DNA from: a virus
Taxonomy: Duplodnaviria > Heunggongvirae > Uroviricota > Caudoviricetes
DNA: 64,000 nucleotides
Strand: one strand, 5' to 3'
Virus record (IMG/VR): IMGVR_UViG_3300037313_001331
Of this stretch, positions 9,347-19,023 are shown piece by piece (position 1 is the stretch's first letter; each line of letters begins with the position of its first letter). The translations under genes and the position numbers were made by a program. The notes under the pieces are model-generated. The model ran no database searches. It saw nothing but the letters and a program-made list of their open reading frames with translations, and had not been told where the DNA came from.

Positions 9347-9385
9347 TGATCGAACAGGGCACACGTGTGCCCTGCCCTGGGTGGG

Positions 9386-10051
9386 TTACTCGCTCTTTTC
9401 GCCCCCGATCTCTTCGAGTTGACCCATGGTTGCAGACTCGACCAGGGAGACAAACGCAGTGACAAGGGGGTGTTCCCGGTTCAACTGCACCATGCGATCA
9501 TGGGTCTTGTGCTTCGCAGCAGTCGCACCCAGGGCATCGCAGAACCCGTTGTCACCCCACGTGCGAGACTTCTGCGTGGAGACCGTGTTAGCCCCCACCC
9601 GTGCGAACATCTTCGCAAGACGGGCCCGAGAAACGCCCTTGGTGTCACCGGTAGCACCATCGACACGGGCATACCCTGCGATGAGCACGTGCAGGGAGTC
9701 ATAGCTCAGCGCCCCCTCGGGGGACAGGTGCAGCGCGTACAGCCCGCATGCGGTGGTCGCGTCGATGTTCTTGTAATTCTTTTCGGTGATCGCGTTCACC
9801 ATCTGGATCGCCCGCTTCACCTGCTTTTGGGGAAGGGAAAAGAGGGTCTTGAAGTCGATCCCGTAATCTTTCATCGCGACGAAGGTCGATTCGACGAAAG
9901 CGAACTTGCCCTTGTCTCTGAGGACCGCTTCGATGTCTTTGGACGCTGCTGCGCGGTGGGCGGTGAGCACTGCGCGGGCTTCAGCGTAGGTGTCCCCGTT
10001 CTTGTTGGGACGGGCTGCACGCGGGGCGCGGGGGGTGGTGGTCTTGCTCAT
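9386..10051 (-). CDS. hypothetical protein
   Basis: 221-aa ORF; class A box about 24 nt upstream of ATG. Confidence 0.55.
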   Translation of the reverse strand: MSKTTTPRAPRAARPNKNGDTYAEARAVLTAHRAAASKDIEAVLRDKGKFAFVESTFVAMKDYGIDFKTLFSLPQKQVKRAIQMVNAITEKNYKNIDATTACGLYALHLSPEGALSYDSLHVLIAGYARVDGATGDTKGVSRARLAKMFARVGANTVSTQKSRTWGDNGFCDALGATAAKHKTHDRMVQLNREHPLVTAFVSLVESATMGQLEEIGGEKSE

Positions 10052-10084
10052 GGTGTGTACCTTTCAAAGTGTGTGTCAGTAGTG

Positions 10085-10096
10085 ACTGAGTGTCCC
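10085..10096. promoter_or_regulatory. class A box
   Basis: GTCAGTAGTGAC with a TGTGTG flank; 24 nt before ATG 10051. Confidence 0.5.
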
Positions 10097-10770
10097 GGTT
10101 AAATGTGTGATGCACCGGGGACAGGGAGATAGTCTCACGTTAATACCTCTGTCGTCAACAATGTTATTAAAGTAGAAACCCTTAGTCACTGCCCCTTCCC
10201 TGCGCTCGGAGGTCGGCTGACAGAAGGCGCGAGGCGGGCGCACGCGACTACCGGAGTGCGCTGGGCTGGCGAAGGAGGGACAACCCGAGGATGGGGTTTC
10301 CAGGGAGGAGCAGGCACTCACGTGGGTAGGCGCTAAGGAGAGTGCCCGCTGACATCCGACCCCGGGCTCGGCGCGTCCTAGGCCCTCATCAAGGAGCGCA
10401 GCCGTACTCCTAGGCTCCCGTCATGGAAGCCCGCCGTACATCGACGGGCTCGGCACCAGGCGCTCAGCGCTGGCCCTGGGTGCGCTGCAGGGTGTCCCGG
10501 CGACGGTCCGGGGCTGCAGCGATGGCGCGGCGCAGCTGCCTGCCCTGGCGGCGCTTGTTGCGCTCGGCGAGGTCTCGCTCCAGCTCGCGCTCCAGGGTCT
10601 GGTAGAACCGCTCGAATTCACTGTTCATGGAGCGTTCCTCAGTGAATCCAGCACACGGGGCGGTGTTCCGCGATGCACTGGACCACCTGGTCCTCCATGA
10701 CGGTGTCCCACACCACGCGACCAGGCGTGAGCGAGTACAGGTAGGCACGCAGCAGCATGACGGCCGCCGG

Positions 10771-10929
10771 TCATGCGAAGCGTGGAGCACGGCCCAGCAG
10801 GATCTGGTGCGCTTCCTCGAACGTGGCCTGGCGGTTGCGGAGGTACCCGGCAGCGGTGCGTGTGCCCAGGCTCTTCTGGATGGCCAGCGCCTTCTTGATG
10901 ATCTTGGTGAGTTGGCTTTGCAGTCCCAT
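10771..10929 (-). CDS. small ORF (50 aa), possibly the remnant of a disrupted gene
   Basis: manually translated; class B box then AGGGGAA then ATG; two further small ORFs follow in other frames. Confidence 0.3.
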   Translation of the reverse strand: MGLQSQLTKIIKKALAIQKSLGTRTAAGYLRNRQATFEEAHQILLGRAPRFA

Positions 10930-10951
10930 GGCGTTCCCCTGTGTGGTGGGT

Positions 10952-10990
10952 GTTGCGATGGGAGTGACTTTCTCGACCGGGCGTCGGCTA
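10952..10990 (-). promoter_or_regulatory. class B box copy 1
   Basis: GTTGCGATGGGAGTGACT plus GC hairpin CGACCGGGCGTCG; on the minus strand it precedes ATG 10929. Confidence 0.5.
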
Positions 10991-11211
10991 TGGTGGGCCT
11001 AGCCTGCGGGAGCCTAGGACCCGTGTGAGCCTGAGAAAAGTGGGCCTAGGACGGGCCTGAGCCTCATTGGTGTCCGAAATCTGTGCACGGACTTCGGACT
11101 AGTGAATTGTTCGGAGGTGACTCGGCGTATCTCCGAGTTTTTCACTACTCGGAGCGGTCAAGGCGAAGCCTATTCTCTGTCGAGGCACGCAGCCGTACCT
11201 CGCCGAGGGCC

Positions 11212-11502
11212 TCACGCCACCTTGGAGCCCTTGATCACGGTGAACCCGACCTTTGGCAGCGCCTTCAGCTCGACCTCCTCGACCTGCTGGAGCAGGAGCT
11301 GCGCACTGCCGATCTCCCAGCCTAGGCGCTCGAAGGTCCTGTCGATGGCCAAACGAAGTTCGGCCGCTGCAATCGGGGTCGGATCTGTGGTCGTGGACTG
11401 GATCGTCATGACCTGGAACGTGCCGTGGTGGTCCGTGTAGGCCACGCGCATGCTGAGGTTGGGCTCCGGGAAGCGCCCGGCGTCGATGTCGCGCTGGGGC
11501 AT
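11212..11502 (-). CDS. hypothetical protein (96 aa)
   Basis: GGTGGAG SD; start overlaps stop of the upstream 77-aa ORF. Confidence 0.4.
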   Translation of the reverse strand: MPQRDIDAGRFPEPNLSMRVAYTDHHGTFQVMTIQSTTTDPTPIAAAELRLAIDRTFERLGWEIGSAQLLLQQVEEVELKALPKVGFTVIKGSKVA

Positions 11503-11504
11503 GG

Positions 11505-11738
11505 CTACAACTCCACCGAGGCGTCGGTGACGCGCTCTGCCTTCAGGAGCTTCATCCCCATCGCCGGGAACGTGTGAGCCGCGCTGGCCCTCACTCCCTT
11601 GTCCAGCACGTCGGAATCGACCGTGGCGGTGCTGATGATGGTCCAGAGATGCCTGCTGCCGTTGTTGTCTTCGATCAGCGCTCTCAGGATGACTCGTTCG
11701 TTCGGGTACTGCGGATTCTCTTGCTTCGGACTACGCAT
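11505..11738 (-). CDS. hypothetical small protein (77 aa)
   Basis: C-terminal part of a longer Arg-rich ORF; manually chosen ATG. Confidence 0.3.
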   Translation of the reverse strand: MRSPKQENPQYPNERVILRALIEDNNGSRHLWTIISTATVDSDVLDKGVRASAAHTFPAMGMKLLKAERVTDASVEL

Positions 11739-13056
11739 GGGGACTTCAACTGCCTGGTGTACTGCTCGGAGGTGCCTCGGGCCAGGGAGCGCTGAGCCTA
11801 GGACGGGTGGATTCTCGGTCAGCCTCTGGTGGGCGGGTGGACATGAAACGGTAAGGATTGCCGATTGTGTGCGCGTCGTCACAGTCGGACGCACCTTTTC
11901 AGGACGTTTAAGGTAGGAGCCAGAACCCCTGGCGCCTGGAAGGTCGTTTCGATTGATCTCACGATTGGCGCCACCCCTATAAGCCAACTTACAGGTAGAC
12001 CCACACCTGGCCCCACAGCCAGACCCCTGCCTGTCCCTCTCTGCGGCATGTGATCCACCAGCCTGAGCCTCCCTATGGGTGAGCCTGTGCGTGTTGCCTA
12101 CCCTCCCCTTGGAGCATCTGCGAGCCTGGGTGTCTCTGTTCGTTGCCCGGCTCGTCCTGCCCCTCTTCCGTTCGGTGGTGCTACTGCCGGTGATCGCTCC
12201 GGGTGCTCTTCTGCTCACGACGCTTGCCCCTTTCCTCATAGGTGTTTCCTGCTGTATCTGCAGTCTCGGCGCTCGCTAGCTCACTGGCTGAGCCTGGGCT
12301 GTTCGGGGCCTGGTTCGGGTGTGGCGTTTCACCGGTTTGCGGGATGGGCTGCTCGCGCCATTCCCTTCTGGGAATCGGTGCAGCTCATTCCCTTTCGGGC
12401 ATTGCCGTGCGGTGCGCCTGGTGGTCGGCGGGCTTCTTGGGGCGCTCCAGCTTGTTGGGTTGGGGCTCGGGTGCTCGTTGCGTTGCGAATCGTCTGCCTT
12501 GCGCTCGGCGTGCGCTGCCTTCCCGTGCTTTATGCGGCGCTTTCTGTCTTCCCTGGTGATTTCTTCGGGGCGAAGCCGACATCTTCGACAGGTCCTGCAT
12601 ATAAGATGAATTGAGCGGACAAAAAGCCTTATAAATCAACAACTTACGAGCCTAGGCAGGAGTTGCACAAAATGAAGCCGCCCAACCGTGAAGTTGAGCG
12701 GCCCGAAGACTCGTTGGCATCACTCTCGGAGTCGGTTCACACACACGTGGTCGCAACACCGCAGTGTGGGCAGAGCCTGGTGCTTGTCAGGCGCTCTCCA
12801 CACCACCCAGGTCCACCTGCCCCACACTCAAGGGAGCTTCGGACCTGGCCTATGGGCGGGCCGTCGGGGCTCTTCACGTCCCCATGGCTAGCCACCGGGC
12901 AGGCGGCCTTCGTTCAATGACTCAAGGATTGCTGACGGATGTCAGGCGTGCCTGCTGTTCAGCGCCGCAGGCTTGCGGTGCCCCTTCTTGTGCTCTGGGG
13001 CTGGGATTCTCTTCGTCGTGTTCCTCAAGGTGTTGATGGCAAGTCGGATCAGCGCT

Positions 13057-13272
13057 TCATCCGGCACCTCCCTTCGCTTCCAGGGCTTTGTTGATGTTCT
13101 CAATGCGTTGGGTCCAACCGGCGGCTCGCATCGTGATCGTGCGGCGATGGTTCTCACGCACGTCCTCAGGCACTCGGCTTTCCAGCGTGCCGAGAAGTCG
13201 CCCCTCCTGGTCCAGATGGGCCTGGGCAACTCGGCGTTGAGCCAAGAGTTGCTCACGGGTGTAGTCGCTCAT
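13057..13272 (-). CDS. hypothetical protein (71 aa)
   Basis: ATG after GGGAG. Confidence 0.45.
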   Translation of the reverse strand: MSDYTREQLLAQRRVAQAHLDQEGRLLGTLESRVPEDVRENHRRTITMRAAGWTQRIENINKALEAKGGAG

Positions 13273-13273
13273 G

Positions 13274-13630
13274 TCAGGCTCCCATGCAGCCGTCACTGCG
13301 GATGCAAAGCTCCGGCGCCTCGCACTTGCGGTGGTTCTTCTGGCAGTCCGTGTCGGGGTTGAATGCGGCAGGCTCTTCCTTGCTTCCCTTGGCCAGCTGC
13401 CGCAGCCTGTCAATCGCCAGGATGAACTGGACTGACCAGTCCCCGGGCATTTCGCGGATCTGCCCGTGCTTGTCGGCGCATGAGCGGGACACGTCGGCCA
13501 TGAGCCGCATCACATCGCCTTTGCTCTTGCAGGCCGACAGGCGCGGCTCGATCTCTGCCAGCCACACGGCGTTGGCGAGCTTGCCCAGCTCCGCTGTGCG
13601 GTTGCACAGGTCTTCGATGGCTTCACTCAT
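13274..13630 (-). CDS. hypothetical Cys-containing protein
   Basis: ATG after GGAGG. Confidence 0.5.
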   Translation of the reverse strand: MSEAIEDLCNRTAELGKLANAVWLAEIEPRLSACKSKGDVMRLMADVSRSCADKHGQIREMPGDWSVQFILAIDRLRQLAKGSKEEPAAFNPDTDCQKNHRKCEAPELCIRSDGCMGA

Positions 13631-13977
13631 GGAGCCTCCGCGTTGCCGGCTTCCGGGTCGACCTCGGTCCAGTCGCTGACCCAGCAGATGAAGTTGGACC
13701 ACTTCTCACGCGGCTGGCTGTCGTTCTCGTCACGCGTGACGATGCATAGCGTGGGTTTGTGATAGACGCTCGGGGTCCAGAGGAATACGCGGTAGACGAA
13801 GCGCGGATCGGGCGCGACGCGGTATTCCTTGTCCGTCAAAAATGCTGGGCAGATTCGCCGCGTCTGGTGCGTCCCCAGACACTGCCATGGCTGATCCGGT
13901 GAAGCGCGGAACTCGACTGACTTGCCGTCGGCCCAGGCCTTGATCGCTTCGGCGTGCTTGTGTGGCGTGTTCATCAT
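13627..13977 (-). CDS. hypothetical protein
   Basis: ATGA overlaps at both ends. Confidence 0.5.
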   Translation of the reverse strand: MMNTPHKHAEAIKAWADGKSVEFRASPDQPWQCLGTHQTRRICPAFLTDKEYRVAPDPRFVYRVFLWTPSVYHKPTLCIVTRDENDSQPREKWSNFICWVSDWTEVDPEAGNAEAP

Positions 13978-14171
13978 CAGGTCTTCCGGAACTCGCAGCG
14001 CGAGTAGGTCTTGCGGGCCTCGCCGCGGGCTTCCTTCATGGTCGCGAAGCGGTCGATGCGGCCGGTGTTGTGCAGCAGGAGCCAGGGCTCCGCGGGGTTG
14101 AACGTGTCGGCGCCCTTGGGCTGCAGGTTGATCATGGCAACGTGCTTGTCGTGCGAGTAGACGTGCAGCAT
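13977..14171 (-). CDS. hypothetical protein (64 aa)
   Basis: class B box plus GGGGAAAG immediately upstream of ATG. Confidence 0.45.
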   Translation of the reverse strand: MLHVYSHDKHVAMINLQPKGADTFNPAEPWLLLHNTGRIDRFATMKEARGEARKTYSRCEFRKT

Positions 14172-14184
14172 GTGCTTTCCCCGT

Positions 14185-14225
14185 GTTGCGATGGTTCTAC
14201 TGTGAGGTTCGAGCCCCGGCTGCAG
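14185..14225 (-). promoter_or_regulatory. class B box copy 2
   Basis: GTTGCGATGGTTCTACT plus GC-rich tail; precedes ATG 14171. Confidence 0.5.
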
Positions 14226-14234
14226 GTTGGCTGG

Positions 14235-14480
14235 TCAGCGTGATGCGGCCGTGGCGTGGCGTGTCTTGAACTCCGCGATTGCCTCCGCATTGATCTCGTC
14301 CATGCGGCTGGCGATGCGCAGGTCGTTGAACAGGCTGTCAGCCAGCTCGCGGTCCGCCCGGAGCTTCAGGCCGTGGTCCATGCACAAGATGCCTTTCAGC
14401 ATCTGGAACTCGTGCGGATTGCCGCGAAAGTTCGCGAGCAGCTCATCCGTGCGCCGGTTCTGATCGTCAAGCAGGCTCAT
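14235..14480 (-). CDS. hypothetical protein
   Basis: ORF-track ORF in the co-oriented gene run. Confidence 0.45.
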   Translation of the reverse strand: MSLLDDQNRRTDELLANFRGNPHEFQMLKGILCMDHGLKLRADRELADSLFNDLRIASRMDEINAEAIAEFKTRHATAASR

Positions 14481-14884
14481 GCCGATGTCTCCACATCTTC
14501 AGCAGCCAGCTCGATTGCCCGGTCCAGCACACCGACGATGTCGACATGAAGGCGGCCGAGTGTGTCGTTGAAGTCCACCACGCTCAGCCTAAGCCCCTGT
14601 GAGCGCTCTCTGATTGCGCGCTCAAGAAAGCCATTGGCGGCAACCCGCCTGGATTGCATTGCCTGCATCTGGCTTGGCGTGGGGAGCGGCGGTTCAGGAG
14701 TCACCGCCAATCGGGCGCCGTGCAGACAGAAACATGCCGCGGTCTCTGTGTAGGGGCTGGTGCCCCAGCCATACTCATCACGCGCCATGCTTCGCTGTGT
14801 CCAGCGTTCGGGTTCATCAAGCAGGCAGCGCATTGCCTGGAGCGTGCACAGAGCGTCCATAGCCTGGTCGTGCGGGGTCATCAT
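14477..14884 (-). CDS. hypothetical protein
   Basis: ATG at 14884 overlapping upstream stop (ATGA). Confidence 0.45.
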   Translation of the reverse strand: MMTPHDQAMDALCTLQAMRCLLDEPERWTQRSMARDEYGWGTSPYTETAACFCLHGARLAVTPEPPLPTPSQMQAMQSRRVAANGFLERAIRERSQGLRLSVVDFNDTLGRLHVDIVGVLDRAIELAAEDVETSA

Positions 14885-15309
14885 GCCCTTGCCCCTTCGT
14901 GCTTGGCGATGAACTTGTCCATGCGCCACATCAGGACCGCGTGATCACGCACGTCATCCGCGCCCGTCTGCTGCAACTGCATGCGCTCTTCCGTCATGCA
15001 CAGGCAGAACATCGAGCCGGCGTCTTCCTCGGTCATGTTGAACAGCTTTGCTGCCACGGTTCCGAAGTAATCGAACTTCCGGTTCCACAACAGGCGCCCC
15101 TCATCATCGACGCCGAGTCCCAGCGCCTGGAACTCAGGCCGCATGGCTAGCCACCCCAAGCCGCAGGCGATGGTGCCGCAGTGGTTTGGATCGTTGCAGG
15201 CGCCATCCTCGTTGTTGAGTGCGACGACGGAGAGATTGAGCCTGGGGGCCGGGATGGTGGCCAGGATCTCGCGTGCGCGCTTCAGCAGCTCGATGTTCGG
15301 CCAGCTCAT
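14881..15309 (-). CDS. hypothetical protein
   Basis: 142-aa ORF in a coupled chain. Confidence 0.5.
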   Translation of the reverse strand: MSWPNIELLKRAREILATIPAPRLNLSVVALNNEDGACNDPNHCGTIACGLGWLAMRPEFQALGLGVDDEGRLLWNRKFDYFGTVAAKLFNMTEEDAGSMFCLCMTEERMQLQQTGADDVRDHAVLMWRMDKFIAKHEGARA

Positions 15310-15521
15310 TGCGCTACCGCCGCGGTGATCTGGTGGACCGACACGCCCGCGGCCAGGCCGGCGGCGATGGTTTCCTGCACGGCCTTGTCAGCGCTCGGCT
15401 TGTACACCACGCACGGCAGCTGCTTTTGCAGCTCCAGCTGGCGACTATGGGTGGCGCGTGCCTTGCGGCTCACTGCGCGGCGCCGGGCCTCGATCTCTTT
15501 CTCGGTGGTCGGGGTGTACAT
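15306..15521 (-). CDS. hypothetical protein (71 aa)
   Basis: class A box, then GAGGAC, then ATG. Confidence 0.45.
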   Translation of the reverse strand: MYTPTTEKEIEARRRAVSRKARATHSRQLELQKQLPCVVYKPSADKAVQETIAAGLAAGVSVHQITAAVAQ

Positions 15522-15540
15522 GATGCGTCCTCGATTGTGT

Positions 15541-15552
15541 GTCAGTGGTGAC
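15541..15552. promoter_or_regulatory. class A box
   Basis: GTCAGTGGTGAC; 20 nt before ATG 15521. Confidence 0.5.
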
Positions 15553-15601
15553 TTACCATTTCAGGCGGACTTTGCCCTGGGATGCCCGATCTATCGGGCG
15601 T

Positions 15602-15640
15602 GTTGCGATGGTTGAATCATCGCCCCGGGGCTGAGGCTGC
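15602..15640 (-). promoter_or_regulatory. class B box copy 3
   Basis: GTTGCGATGGTTGAAT plus GCCCCGGGGC palindrome. Confidence 0.5.
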
Positions 15641-15949
15641 GCGCTTCGCCGCGTCTTCAGCCAAGGCGCGCTTCATTGCTTCGGCACCCTGGTTGTAGGC
15701 GTCCTGCTCAGCCTTGGAGCGCTTGGCAGGCGCCTTGGAGGTGGGCTTGTCTTGGGGCTGGCAGGCCTGACCGCCAATCACGATGGGGCGAATGCCGCCG
15801 TTGGTCTGGGCCTGGGTGTCGAGCCAGGCATTAAGGGACTTCATGCACGCCTGCTGCGTGCGGTGGGGCGGATCGCTGATCTGCCGTTCGTGTTTCCCAC
15901 CTTCTGCGTCCACCCATGCGATGGTGGCTGCCAGCACAAATTCGATCAT
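15617..15949 (-). CDS. hypothetical protein
   Basis: 110-aa ORF; stop codon lies inside a class B box. Confidence 0.5.
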   Translation of the reverse strand: MIEFVLAATIAWVDAEGGKHERQISDPPHRTQQACMKSLNAWLDTQAQTNGGIRPIVIGGQACQPQDKPTSKAPAKRSKAEQDAYNQGAEAMKRALAEDAAKRAASAPGR

Positions 15950-16006
15950 AAAAGAGGACCTCCGTAACCCATTGTAGGGATCAGAGGCCCTCCACTCGCC
16001 CCTTGC

Positions 16007-16348
16007 TCAGGTGGCCTTGCCCTCGGGCGTCAGGCCATCCTTCACGTTTTGGCGGCGCGTGTCGCTGTCGGCGAGCGCCGCAGCTGCCAAGACCAGCGTG
16101 TCCACGTGCGGGATGATGCGCAAGCCGCTGAGCAAGCCGATCATCCCGGCCCGGTTCATGTTGCGCCGCTTACGGGCCAGGGCCTCCATTTCGCGCTGCT
16201 CATCGGTCAGCTGCCGTTGGCGCTCCAGCTCCGCGGCCTGGATGGTGCGTTCGGCCGCCGCTTTCGCTTCCCGCTCCTGGCGCGTGCGCTCCAGCGCCGC
16301 AGCCTGGCGTTGCTCGAAGGTGCCGCGATTCTTTGCCTGTCCCATCAT
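16007..16348 (-). CDS. hypothetical coiled-coil protein
   Basis: E/R/A-rich ORF. Confidence 0.5.
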   Translation of the reverse strand: MMGQAKNRGTFEQRQAAALERTRQEREAKAAAERTIQAAELERQRQLTDEQREMEALARKRRNMNRAGMIGLLSGLRIIPHVDTLVLAAAALADSDTRRQNVKDGLTPEGKAT

Positions 16349-16566
16349 TTCTCCTTGGTGTAGGTGCGAATTTCCACCACGTCGCGCTCGGCACGCAGAT
16401 AGGCTTTCGCCGCTTCGATGTCCTCATCGGTGTGATGGGGCTCTCTGTACAGCGCGAACCCAGCGCCTGCACTGCTCGCAAGCCACCAGTCGTAGGCGAC
16501 GCCATTCGGCGTCGTCAACCCGTAGCGCTTCGCCTTGACCAGGTCGGCATCGGTGAAGGTCTTCAT
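16345..16566 (-). CDS. hypothetical protein
   Basis: ATGA overlap chain. Confidence 0.45.
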   Translation of the reverse strand: MKTFTDADLVKAKRYGLTTPNGVAYDWWLASSAGAGFALYREPHHTDEDIEAAKAYLRAERDVVEIRTYTKEK

Positions 16567-16784
16567 GCCTGCACCTTGAACGCGATGACATGGTCGGCGT
16601 CGATCACGTATCGCGACTGCGTCGGCTCGTAGTCGAAGATGAATGCGCCATTCAAGTGGTCCACCCTCTTCAGCCTCACACCGGAAAAGCCAGCGCCTCC
16701 CGTGAGGAACAAGTCAACCCTAGCCCCTTCCTTGAGACCAGCCAAGTGCGCAGCAACACCGGTGAACTTCTTCGGCTCGGTCAT
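16563..16784 (-). CDS. hypothetical protein
   Basis: ATGA overlap chain. Confidence 0.45.
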   Translation of the reverse strand: MTEPKKFTGVAAHLAGLKEGARVDLFLTGGAGFSGVRLKRVDHLNGAFIFDYEPTQSRYVIDADHVIAFKVQA

Positions 16785-17050
16785 CAGATCCTCCCCTGCA
16801 TGAACGGCGCGATTTCCAGCACGCGGGCCTTGAAGCTGACGCGGAAGTGCTGCAGCACGCGATCATGGTCATAACTGACCTGGGCCAGCTTCTCTTGAAG
16901 TTGGCGGCCTTCTTCATCCGGCAGTACACAGATTGGCTTGAACCAGGACTGGTACTCCGTGATTCGCACCAAGTCGGTCTTCTTGTCCTCCTTCTCCACG
17001 GTGCCGCTCAGGACGAAGGGGAACAGGTCGTAGCTCCAGAAGGCGATCAT
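16784..17050 (-). CDS. hypothetical protein
   Basis: internal ATG chosen (MIAFWSY...) because of overlap with upstream gene. Confidence 0.4.
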   Translation of the reverse strand: MIAFWSYDLFPFVLSGTVEKEDKKTDLVRITEYQSWFKPICVLPDEEGRQLQEKLAQVSYDHDRVLQHFRVSFKARVLEIAPFMQGRI

Positions 17051-17253
17051 GGTTGGACCTTTCCTTCGTACTGCACATCGAAGCCTGCAATGCTGCTCAG
17101 CGTTTCCGCGTCGTAGGACTCCTCGTCCCCGTCCTGAACCCGCTGAATAGCAAGGGCCACAGCTTCTTCGTCGGACAGCTCCGCTGGCACGTCCACGAGG
17201 TAGATCAGCCGCTCCCACACCGCCTCATCGCGATGCACTGTGACGCGCTTCAT
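17047..17253 (-). CDS. hypothetical acidic protein
   Basis: internal ATG (MKRVTVH...) chosen. Confidence 0.4.
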   Translation of the reverse strand: MKRVTVHRDEAVWERLIYLVDVPAELSDEEAVALAIQRVQDGDEESYDAETLSSIAGFDVQYEGKVQP

Positions 17254-17589
17254 GCTGCCTGCCTGTTCGTATGCTGAAGCCGGCCCAAAGCCTCGCGGAA
17301 TTCCACGTGCACCCGCTCGACGATGTCGCGGCCGGTGCCGCCGATGCGCCAAGCCACACGCTCTTCGACACCCGGGGCGTGACCATGCATCCAGTCGTAG
17401 ATGTCGGCGGTGCGGCCGTCCTCGAACAGCAAGGACCAGCGGGTCGTCACCTTGCCGTCACTGTCTTTCGGGTGGTGCGGCGTGCCGAAGGCGTATGCCA
17501 GCTGGAGCACCGTCGCCTGGATGGTGCCCTGCATGCTGGTGGGCCATTCGAGATCGAAGGCGCGGTCGTTGTGGGTCTGGAACTGCATG
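17250..17589 (-). CDS. hypothetical protein
   Basis: ATG about 20 nt downstream of a class B box; no SD. Confidence 0.45.
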
Positions 17590-17615
17590 GTGTGCGGTTG
17601 CGTGTGTTGCGATGG

Positions 17616-17650
17616 GTGAATGGTCACGCCCCGGGTGCGGCGCTGGTGGT
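17616..17650 (-). promoter_or_regulatory. class B box copy 4
   Basis: GTTGCGATGGGTGAATGGTCACGCCCCGGG; 20 nt before ATG 17589. Confidence 0.5.
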
Positions 17651-17829
17651 CAGCGCTTGTCGGGGCCGCGCGAGGGCTTGTTGCCGTTGCTGCGGGCCGG
17701 GGTGATGGCGACACCGGACTGCGTGCGGCGCTCGACCTCGCGCATGTGGGCGCGGTCCTCTTCCGTGATCGGAACCGAGGTGCAGGCGCAGAGGCTTGCC
17801 AGAGCCATGGTGAGCAAAACGGGTTTCAT
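17650..17829 (-). CDS. small lipoprotein (59 aa)
   Basis: manually translated MKPVLLTMALASLCAC signal and lipobox; AAGGGA SD; ATGA overlap with upstream gene. Confidence 0.45.
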   Translation of the reverse strand: MKPVLLTMALASLCACTSVPITEEDRAHMREVERRTQSGVAITPARSNGNKPSRGPDKR

Positions 17830-18092
17830 GTTTCCCTTTCAGTGGTGGTTGAGAGAACTGAATCGTTGTGCTCGGTGTTCGGCTCTGGGTCGGCTGCATT
17901 GCTGCGCTCGCGTGCAGCCTCGCAATCGAAGCCCAGCATCCACTGCATGCGGTCGAGGATCTGCGCGTTGGTGCGGTAGGGACAGGAGTTCCGCAGCTTT
18001 CCTTCGCGGCAGGCCTGTGCGCCTTCGGCACGCAATGCCATCTTCTCGTCGCGCCGAACCGCTTTGCGTGGGCGCCACTTGCTGACCGTCAT
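17826..18092 (-). CDS. hypothetical protein
   Basis: ATG after GGAGCGAAGTGA. Confidence 0.4.
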   Translation of the reverse strand: MTVSKWRPRKAVRRDEKMALRAEGAQACREGKLRNSCPYRTNAQILDRMQWMLGFDCEAARERSNAADPEPNTEHNDSVLSTTTERET

Positions 18093-18307
18093 TTCACTTC
18101 GCTCCTCAACCAACGTTCGCCCTTCTGCTTCGCCACTTCCGCGCTCGTGTGGTGCGTCGTGGTGGGCGAGAAGCCGCAGCCGGGGAACCAGCGCTGCAGC
18201 TCCGCCCATGTCTTGCGGTCCACGACGGTGACGTAGCTCTTCTTGCCTTCAAGAGTCCCGTGTGTGACGCCGTAGTAGGGTCTGGACCAGACGACAGGCT
18301 TCTTCAT
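18089..18307 (-). CDS. hypothetical protein (72 aa)
   Basis: MKKPVVW start; overlaps upstream stop. Confidence 0.4.
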   Translation of the reverse strand: MKKPVVWSRPYYGVTHGTLEGKKSYVTVVDRKTWAELQRWFPGCGFSPTTTHHTSAEVAKQKGERWLRSEVK

Positions 18308-19013
18308 CCCCGTGCCCACAGGAACCTCTCCACCTTCTGCCTGGCTTGCCAGGAAAGCTCGTGGTCCTCTCGGATGTAGTGCCGCACCTTGGCGCGGCCC
18401 GTCTCGCGGCACAGGTCGACGATGATGCGGAGCAGCCTCGGTCCCGCCTCCTTCGCGTCGATGCTGCGGCTCTGGAAGTCCATGTAGTTCACGAAGTCCC
18501 AGCCCAAGCGGCTGCATCCATCGCTGCCGCCGTAGCGACGCAGGGCATCCCTGTAGCCGATGTGCAGCCACGCGATCATGTCGCCCCAGAAGCCCCGCCG
18601 GACTCCAGCGCCGGGGCTGTACCGTTCGGACAATCCGTGCTCGAACCGCATGGAGTTGGCCAGCTGTCGGACCTCATCCACGACGTCATCGTGCGGCTCA
18701 TAGGCGGGCGCCGACGCCAGCTCTCGATCAGCGGTGCCGCCAAACAGGCTCGCCAGCTCGGAGCCAAGATCCGCCGTGACGGACCTGGAGCCCCAGGTGG
18801 GCGTGATGATTCCGGGCAGCACCCGAAGCGCCAACATGCGGCCGAAGGCCATCACCTCCTCGTGGAACTGCCCCGTGTCGCACAGCCGGTGCTCCAGCGT
18901 GTCGTGGATGATGAAGTTGGTCGACGTACCGGTGAAGCCTGCCTCTTCGGGGATCCACGCCGGCACCCATCCGCCCACCTCGGGGTCGGGGAAGAAGTCT
19001 CGGACGATTCGCA
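18304..19013 (-). CDS. hypothetical protein (236 aa)
   Basis: start MRIVRDFF 11 nt after a double class A box; the first 120 aa of the longer ORF look like a non-coding Arg-rich extension. Confidence 0.5.
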
Positions 19014-19023
19014 TGACGGTTTC

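Noticed and set aside
12663-12920. Plus-strand 85-aa ORF with an AGGAG-like sequence upstream
   Set aside because: Pro/Ser/His-rich low-complexity product inside the repeat-rich region, and the spacing to the ATG is long. Probably non-coding.
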